Positions 58,526-64,000 of a stretch of DNA of 64,000 bases are shown piece by piece; within the stretch, counting starts at the first letter, position 1, and each line of letters starts with the position of its first letter. Origin of the DNA: Patescibacteria group bacterium (GTDB lineage Bacteria; Patescibacteriota; Minisyncoccia; Moranbacterales; UBA9337). The translations under genes were made by a program, and so were the position numbers. The notes beneath the pieces were generated by a model. That model saw nothing but the letters and a program-made list of their open reading frames with translations. It did no database searches and was not told the origin of the DNA. The stretch spans positions 8,515 through 72,514 of the forward strand of contig JBHPHA010000001.1 of the NCBI GenBank assembly GCA_042569905.1, given 5' to 3'.

Positions 58526-59086
58526 CTATTTATTATGAATACTCTCCATGAACTCATCCACCCTATCAGTTCTAATAATAATCGCATCAGCAATATTAAC
58601 AAATTCAATACTGTTATCTTCTGTGTCGTAAATGATAAAAGTCGCCTCCCTAGAAATATTTCCTGCAATCTCTCCAGGATTTGCTACTAAGCAATCACCA
58701 ATCATCTTCTCTTCTTTAAAGTGAGTATGCCCAAAAAATACCGCATCAAACTCACCAGACTTCGCAATTGGCTCAGCCAATTCAGGATAATGACTTAAGA
58801 ACAGCCTTTTTCCATCAACTTCAACTGAGTCATAAGTTCGTTCACTTAATTTTAGATTACTACCATCTTCTAGAGATATTTTCATTACCACTGCCTTATC
58901 TCCAATATTATTTCCCCACACAGAAAAAACTGGCACGTTAAAGTTGGCTAGAATCTTTGCTACAGTCCCCATCACCAAATCACCCAAACAAAGAACCTGC
59001 TCCACCTCACGCACCTTCGCTTCATCCAAAGCGCAGATTAAATTATGAGTATTGTCATGTATATCTGAAATAATTGCTACTTTCAT
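58526..59086 (-). CDS. metallophosphoesterase (YfcE/MJ0936 family)
   Basis: MKVAIISDIHDN...GDLV...GNN...GHTH motifs. 186 aa. Confidence 0.7.
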   Translation of the reverse strand: MKVAIISDIHDNTHNLICALDEAKVREVEQVLCLGDLVMGTVAKILANFNVPVFSVWGNNIGDKAVVMKISLEDGSNLKLSERTYDSVEVDGKRLFLSHYPELAEPIAKSGEFDAVFFGHTHFKEEKMIGDCLVANPGEIAGNISREATFIIYDTEDNSIEFVNIADAIIIRTDRVDEFMESIHNK

Positions 59087-59226
59087 TTTGTTTATCTAAA
59101 AAATAAATTACTTACCAATTCTAACACACGCACACATGAAATAAAAAACCACCCAATTACTCGAGGTGATTTTAACATATATTCAAATAGCACCAACTAT
59201 CTTTCTTCTTATTTTTTAGGATACCC

Positions 59227-59811
59227 CTACTCCACATTCTTTCTTCTTAAAAATTCTGAGGCCATCTCTAAATCCTTTTCAGATCCCAGTACGTGAATAT
59301 TATCTTCCTCAAAAATAACAATCTCCGAATAGTCATATTCCCCCTCACCTTTTTCCCTAGCAGCATACACCGCATCAACACTCTCTCTCCCTAACTCCTC
59401 ATAATCACCTTTTTTAAACAAGACAATCTCCAGAGCGTCTAATTCTTTTCCTTTGGAAACATTAATTTTTACTGGGTGTATGCTTTCTCCGTATATTGAA
59501 TTTGGGACATCTGACATATAAAAACCATATTGATCAGATTGAATTCCCTCATTATAATTAACAACATTAGGTTTTTCTATTTTCTCAGCACCAGACGTAT
59601 GGTACAAAACATCTTGCACCTTACTATCTGGAAAAATACCATCCAAATACTCCTGAAATAATTCCCGATCACCCCCAAACAACTCCTCCAGTTCAGGCTT
59701 AAACTGAAATGCAAAATCTATATTCTCTATTTTTTCTGGCGCAAGAACGCTTTCAGTCTTGTTCACTTCTTCCTTTGTTGCATCTAACGGTTGCGGAAAT
59801 TTTTCACTCAT
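59227..59811 (-). CDS. acidic hypothetical protein
   Basis: ORF only. Confidence 0.3.
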   Translation of the reverse strand: MSEKFPQPLDATKEEVNKTESVLAPEKIENIDFAFQFKPELEELFGGDRELFQEYLDGIFPDSKVQDVLYHTSGAEKIEKPNVVNYNEGIQSDQYGFYMSDVPNSIYGESIHPVKINVSKGKELDALEIVLFKKGDYEELGRESVDAVYAAREKGEGEYDYSEIVIFEEDNIHVLGSEKDLEMASEFLRRKNVE

Positions 59812-59911
59812 AGCTAAATAATTTTAAATCTTTTATATCTGCTATTATAGCATAACAAAAAACCACCTCAACACGTCGAGATGGTTTTTGCCATGAACTA
59901 CAAGACATAAT

Positions 59912-60157
59912 TTACATACCCATCATTGTCTTAGTGAAATTCAAAATAATCGTTAGTATAAGAGAACTAGCAATAATGATAAAAGGAAGAAGTACAAATA
60001 TAATTCCTTTTTTCTTTAGTGCTTTTTTTCTGTCAACTTCTTGATCATTCGCACTTGCTGCTTTTATTAAAAAAACAATTCCAATAGGAATAAATATAAA
60101 AATCCCTACGACTCCAATTATTCCCGCTAAACCAAGTAACCATCCTATAAGTGCCAT
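59912..60157 (-). CDS. small 2-TM membrane protein
   Basis: 81 aa. Two hydrophobic helices separated by a KKALKKKG loop. Confidence 0.35.
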   Translation of the reverse strand: MALIGWLLGLAGIIGVVGIFIFIPIGIVFLIKAASANDQEVDRKKALKKKGIIFVLLPFIIIASSLILTIILNFTKTMMGM

Positions 60158-60485
60158 TTTTTTATTTTAACTAATAATTATTTCCTATTTATATCATACC
60201 ACAAAGCTATATATTGTTTTCAAAAAGTCTCCTGCAAAAATTTTATTTCTTATGACTTCCTCCATAAAATATCAGTGACTTCTTCTTCATAATTCTATTA
60301 AGAAGAGCTATTCCAAGAATTATCATCGCTACAAAAATTTCCCCAAACAATCTCAAGTCTTCAGAAAGTCTATCTGGCAATGATACGAGAACATAAAAAA
60401 TAAAACTACTACCTAACTGAAAAGCTTCCAATTAAAAAAGTCTGTATGAATTTATCATACAGACTTTTGATTTATTTAAACTATT

Positions 60486-61784
60486 TTAGATTTCAAATGC
60501 ACCATAGCATCCCAAACCATAAGCCACACCAGTAAAAGCATTTTTGTGAACAACCTCCTTTCCAGGAAACATCCTAGTAAATACACTTTTAACACACGGG
60601 ATATGTGACGACCCGCCAGTTAGAACTACAGTATCAATCTGATCCCTTTTGACTCCAGCACTCAGAATCACTTCCTCTACACAAGACCTCACACTATCAA
60701 TCTTCGAAGCGATTATTGCCTCAAATTCGCTTCTAGACATCGCCTCATCTATTACCAAATTCCTTTCTTTGAAAATAACTCTAGTATTTTCCAACATAGA
60801 AAGATCTTGCTTTGCAGTCTCAATTGACCTAAACAGCATATATCCATAGTTATCATCTATCAAATTCTCCAGATTCTCAATCAACTGCTTTTCATGATCG
60901 TCTGCCAAGTATTTGCACCGCTTAATCTGATCCATTATTTTAGGAGTTCTCAGTCTCGGTATTTGATGCCATTCACAAAGCTTCTTATAGAGCATAGGCG
61001 ACATATCTACTCTTTCATCTGTTTTCCTTATTATAGAATCCATTGTCCTGAGCCTTGTAAATCTACCAAAATACCTAGTTAATTTCTCCCACATAATCAA
61101 AGAATCAAAATCATCTCCGCCTATGTGCACTCCAGAAACTGCCAAGATACTCGGCTCATTGGAAATCACCACTCTTTCATTATTCATTCCAACTCTTGCA
61201 ATTGCAAAATCAGATGTTCCTCCGCCTAAATCACCTACGAGAATATTTTTTTCTCCTTTTAAATCACTCGATTTTTCATATGCGACAGCAGCTGCAATAG
61301 GTTCCTCCTGAAGATAAATCTCTTTAAATCCTGCTATCTTAGCAGCAGATATCAATCTCTCCTCTGCTAATTTATCAGCTTTAGGATCTTCAGAAAAAAC
61401 AACAGGCCTACCTATGACAACCCTATCAACCCTTCTTCCAACATCTAATTCTCCTCGAGACTTTATCTCTCTGAAAATAATCGCAACCACTTCGTCCAGC
61501 TTATAAGCTTTTGACCCAAACGATGTACTACTGAAAGTTTTATCTGGAAGAAAACTTTTTATTGACTGAACATATCTCCCGAAAGCATCATTTTCGATAT
61601 ATGCATCAACTGCCTCCTGACCAAAATAAAATCTTCTGTCATCATCATCAAAATAAATCACCGTTTTCATAGTAGGGCCACTAATATTAGCCTTGTCTAT
61701 ATCGATAACCCTCACAATTCCATTAATATTCACAGATAACACAGAATTGGATGTTCCAAAATCTAAACCAAAAAAATCACTCAT
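60486..61784 (-). CDS. Hsp70-family ATPase, nucleotide-binding domain only (YegD-like)
   Basis: GLDFGTSNS phosphate-1, DLGGGTSD phosphate-2, LTGGSSHIP adenosine motif. 432 aa with no substrate-binding domain. Confidence 0.7.
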   Translation of the reverse strand: MSDFFGLDFGTSNSVLSVNINGIVRVIDIDKANISGPTMKTVIYFDDDDRRFYFGQEAVDAYIENDAFGRYVQSIKSFLPDKTFSSTSFGSKAYKLDEVVAIIFREIKSRGELDVGRRVDRVVIGRPVVFSEDPKADKLAEERLISAAKIAGFKEIYLQEEPIAAAVAYEKSSDLKGEKNILVGDLGGGTSDFAIARVGMNNERVVISNEPSILAVSGVHIGGDDFDSLIMWEKLTRYFGRFTRLRTMDSIIRKTDERVDMSPMLYKKLCEWHQIPRLRTPKIMDQIKRCKYLADDHEKQLIENLENLIDDNYGYMLFRSIETAKQDLSMLENTRVIFKERNLVIDEAMSRSEFEAIIASKIDSVRSCVEEVILSAGVKRDQIDTVVLTGGSSHIPCVKSVFTRMFPGKEVVHKNAFTGVAYGLGCYGAFEI

Positions 61785-61831
61785 CAGGCTCTCCTACTCA
61801 GAAAATTCAAAAAAATAATAGTTTCCATTAC

Positions 61832-62899
61832 TTATCTTGGACTGACTATCGTGGTACACAAATAACCATCATGAACCAGATCGCGATCATCCACATAATC
61901 TAACTCAATTTTAGATATATAATCCATAGAAACCTCGGATAATCTTGGACAATAATCATCTGGAGTATTAATACCTCCATTATGCAAAAAAGCTCTCGTA
62001 ACACACCCACTACTGCAGGTATCTACAAAATCACAATCCTTGCAATATGATACACTTCTCTCCCTGACTCGCCTAAATCCTGAGGAGTTATATACATCAT
62101 TTAAGCTAATTTTAGGATTCAACAAGTTTCCACCAGACCACTGAGCTCCTTTCAAAAATGGATAACAGCTCGTTTCCATATTTTCATGAATTCTACAAGA
62201 AAAATGTCCCGCAGGACAAGAACCCGACTCTATACCTAAAGGTCCCGCAAAAACACTGTCTAAACAATGAAAAGTTACTTTATCCGAAAGAAATTGAATT
62301 ATTTCCCAAGCACGCTTGCCTGAAATTCTCAATTTCTCATCACCTCTACCAACACACCTGAACCAATTTATTCTCCAATTGGCTTCATATTTTCTTGCTA
62401 TATCTATCAATTTAACAATATCATCATTTGTAGTCTCCGAGTTAACACAAGTCACTACACTTCTAGAAATATTCCTAGAAGCCAATATCTCCAAAGCATC
62501 CGTTGCCCATTGCCAAGCCTTCTTGTGATTACGAAAATCACAATGTCTTTTTTCTTCCGGGAAATCCAGAGAGATGTCAACATCGTGAAATAATCTCCCT
62601 ATCTTTTCAGGTCTCATCATCACGATAGTAGACCCATTAGAAGTTATAGCTTGCTTTATACGAGGATAGCTATCCGTAATATACTCACATAAATCCACAG
62701 AATTCGGGTTTATAAAAAATTCTCCCGTACCATAATTAATCTCATCCACATAAGAGCAAATCTTGTCAGCAACAAACTTCAACTGAGCAAATGTATACTC
62801 AGGAGCACGACTACTGCTAGCATTATAACAATGCTTACAAAATTGATTACATCGTCCAAATCCCCAGCCGATTTTTTTGATCTCACTTACACTCTTCAA
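61832..62899 (-). CDS. radical SAM protein with a C-terminal SPASM/twitch-like Cys cluster
   Basis: CNQFCKHC (CxxxCxxC) N-terminus. C-terminal CKDCDFVDTCSSGC...DDYCP. Confidence 0.65.
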   Translation of the reverse strand: MKSVSEIKKIGWGFGRCNQFCKHCYNASSSRAPEYTFAQLKFVADKICSYVDEINYGTGEFFINPNSVDLCEYITDSYPRIKQAITSNGSTIVMMRPEKIGRLFHDVDISLDFPEEKRHCDFRNHKKAWQWATDALEILASRNISRSVVTCVNSETTNDDIVKLIDIARKYEANWRINWFRCVGRGDEKLRISGKRAWEIIQFLSDKVTFHCLDSVFAGPLGIESGSCPAGHFSCRIHENMETSCYPFLKGAQWSGGNLLNPKISLNDVYNSSGFRRVRERSVSYCKDCDFVDTCSSGCVTRAFLHNGGINTPDDYCPRLSEVSMDYISKIELDYVDDRDLVHDGYLCTTIVSPR

Positions 62900-62909
62900 C
62901 TTACACCTC

Positions 62910-63308
62910 CTAGCAATTGTCTAGTTCTAAAAATTCATTTTTCAACCACTCAGGATATTCTCCTGATTGAATCTCTTCTTTGGTTACCCACTTATAGCTT
63001 TCATGCTCCGAACTGAGATTGATTTCACCTCCAATAACTTCGGCTAAAAAAGTTATGCCAACCAGGTGAAGACTTTGCTTTACAAAACCCCACACTCTGG
63101 TTGGCTCTTTAATTTTGACACTCAAGCCAACTTCTTCAGAAACTTCTCGCGCTAAGCAATCCTTAATATCCTCGCCAAATTCCAATCTTCCTCCTGGAAT
63201 ATCAGCCTCATTAGGATTCACATCTTCTAGGTCACTTTTATGTAAAATAAGGTAGCGACCATCGCCATCTTTAATTATAGCCTTAGCAGCGACTCCGAAT
63301 TCGTTCAT
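62910..63308 (-). CDS. NUDIX hydrolase
   Basis: Nudix box GGRLEFGEDIKDCLAREVSEEVGL. Confidence 0.75.
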   Translation of the reverse strand: MNEFGVAAKAIIKDGDGRYLILHKSDLEDVNPNEADIPGGRLEFGEDIKDCLAREVSEEVGLSVKIKEPTRVWGFVKQSLHLVGITFLAEVIGGEINLSSEHESYKWVTKEEIQSGEYPEWLKNEFLELDNC

Positions 63309-63353
63309 ATATTTTAATTTATTAATTCTTTATTAGTATGATTAATAATATCG

Positions 63354-63992
63354 CTAAATCGATAATAAATCAAACTTATTAGCTATCTCTTGCCAAGCAA
63401 TGCAATGTTCATCCTTCAGTATGCGCAATTTTTCGGATATCTCAGTATCAGAAAAATCATCATGGATCATGCTCATAACAACCTCGTAAATACTCAAGTC
63501 GATTTTTCTCATCTCCTTATGAAGATCAAGAAGTACTAACTCCTTATCTCGAGCAACAATCCTTGGAGCAGTCAACGGCTCAGATACTCTATAATAAAGC
63601 GCACTATTGAAGCCATTCCATGCTTTCAAGTGCCTAAAAACTCTTCTTGCACGATCATCCTTTATCTCGTACTTATAATTTGGATAATCTCGACCACCAA
63701 TCAAGCCTTCCTCCAATAACTTAAATGTTATGGGGTCTCCAGCGTGTACGAAAAGTGGCTTACTAACAATATCAGTGAGGCAAAACTCGGCATCCTTCAG
63801 AAAAATGAGATTTTGACGCAGTTCATCCATATTCACATACGGATCAAAACCAATAAACCCCATTAGTGTTATTATGCCTAACTTCTTCAATACACCTAGT
63901 GCATCCATATTCACATCAACAGTTGTACCTTTTTTGAATGTATCCAGTTGCCTCTGGCACCCAGATTCTATTCCAACGCTTACTGCGTACAA
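63354..63992 (-). CDS. radical SAM-like protein, C-terminal portion
   Basis: AVSVGIESGCQRQLDTFKKG resembles the mid-region of the radical-SAM barrel. The CxxxCxxC N-terminus would lie beyond the window. Confidence 0.4.
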   Translation of the reverse strand: MYAVSVGIESGCQRQLDTFKKGTTVDVNMDALGVLKKLGIITLMGFIGFDPYVNMDELRQNLIFLKDAEFCLTDIVSKPLFVHAGDPITFKLLEEGLIGGRDYPNYKYEIKDDRARRVFRHLKAWNGFNSALYYRVSEPLTAPRIVARDKELVLLDLHKEMRKIDLSIYEVVMSMIHDDFSDTEISEKLRILKDEHCIAWQEIANKFDLLSI

Positions 63993-64000
63993 GCCAGCTT

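Noticed and set aside
58477-58668. 63-aa ORF overlapping the 3' end of the metallophosphoesterase gene
   Set aside because: Same-strand, different-frame overlap with a conserved-family CDS. No independent support.
1-64000. Alternative genetic code with TGA as a sense codon, prompted by two in-frame TGAs
   Set aside because: Very long ORFs (1075, 914, 889 and 605 aa) are TGA-free, and essentially all gene ends use TAA or TAG. Global reassignment would scatter TGA through these genes.

Overview
64 kb window from a low-GC (~30-35%) bacterial genome. Gene content suggests an anaerobic, reduced-genome CPR/Patescibacteria-like organism, but that is inference.

Most housekeeping genes lack a Shine-Dalgarno sequence: thiI, elp3-like, rnj, ruvA, mutM, polA, tsaD, valS, CNNM, VanW and Hsp20. 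Several accessory modules do carry canonical GGAGG sites.

Recognisable genes:
- Oxidative-stress cluster (desulfoferrodoxin, rubrerythrin, PerR/Fur-like).
- ThiI and a CDP-alcohol phosphatidyltransferase.
- tRNA-Pro plus a truncated tRNA-like copy.
- HIT protein, methyltransferases, and an Elp3-like radical-SAM/GNAT protein.
- RNase J, SecG, FemAB-like, RuvA.
- CsoR-like regulator + RND adaptor + RND pump.
- Sigma-70 factor, S20, HolA, Fpg/MutM, CNNM transporter, PolA, cyclophilin, TsaE, TsaD, ValRS, Hsp20, VanW-like, metallophosphoesterase.

Accessory or unusual content:
1. A tandem array of six type-IV-secretion-pilin-like (TrbC/VirB2-like) paralogs at 10.5-13.9 kb.
2. Three paralogous Cys-rich zinc-ribbon genes, one needing a -1 frameshift at an A7 run, next to a cytidine/dCMP-deaminase-fold gene with altered zinc ligands (33.5-35.3 kb).
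3. A ~3 kb GC-rich island at 38.1-41.3 kb. It carries a DHH phosphoesterase and two unknown proteins, built from duplicated promoter/RBS and terminator modules with covarying hairpins, and is bounded by short direct repeats.
4. Four small SD-bearing genes between tsaD and valS.
5. A radical-SAM / NUDIX / radical-SAM-SPASM / Hsp70-NBD cluster at the right edge.

No CRISPR array and no transposase or integrase were recognised.
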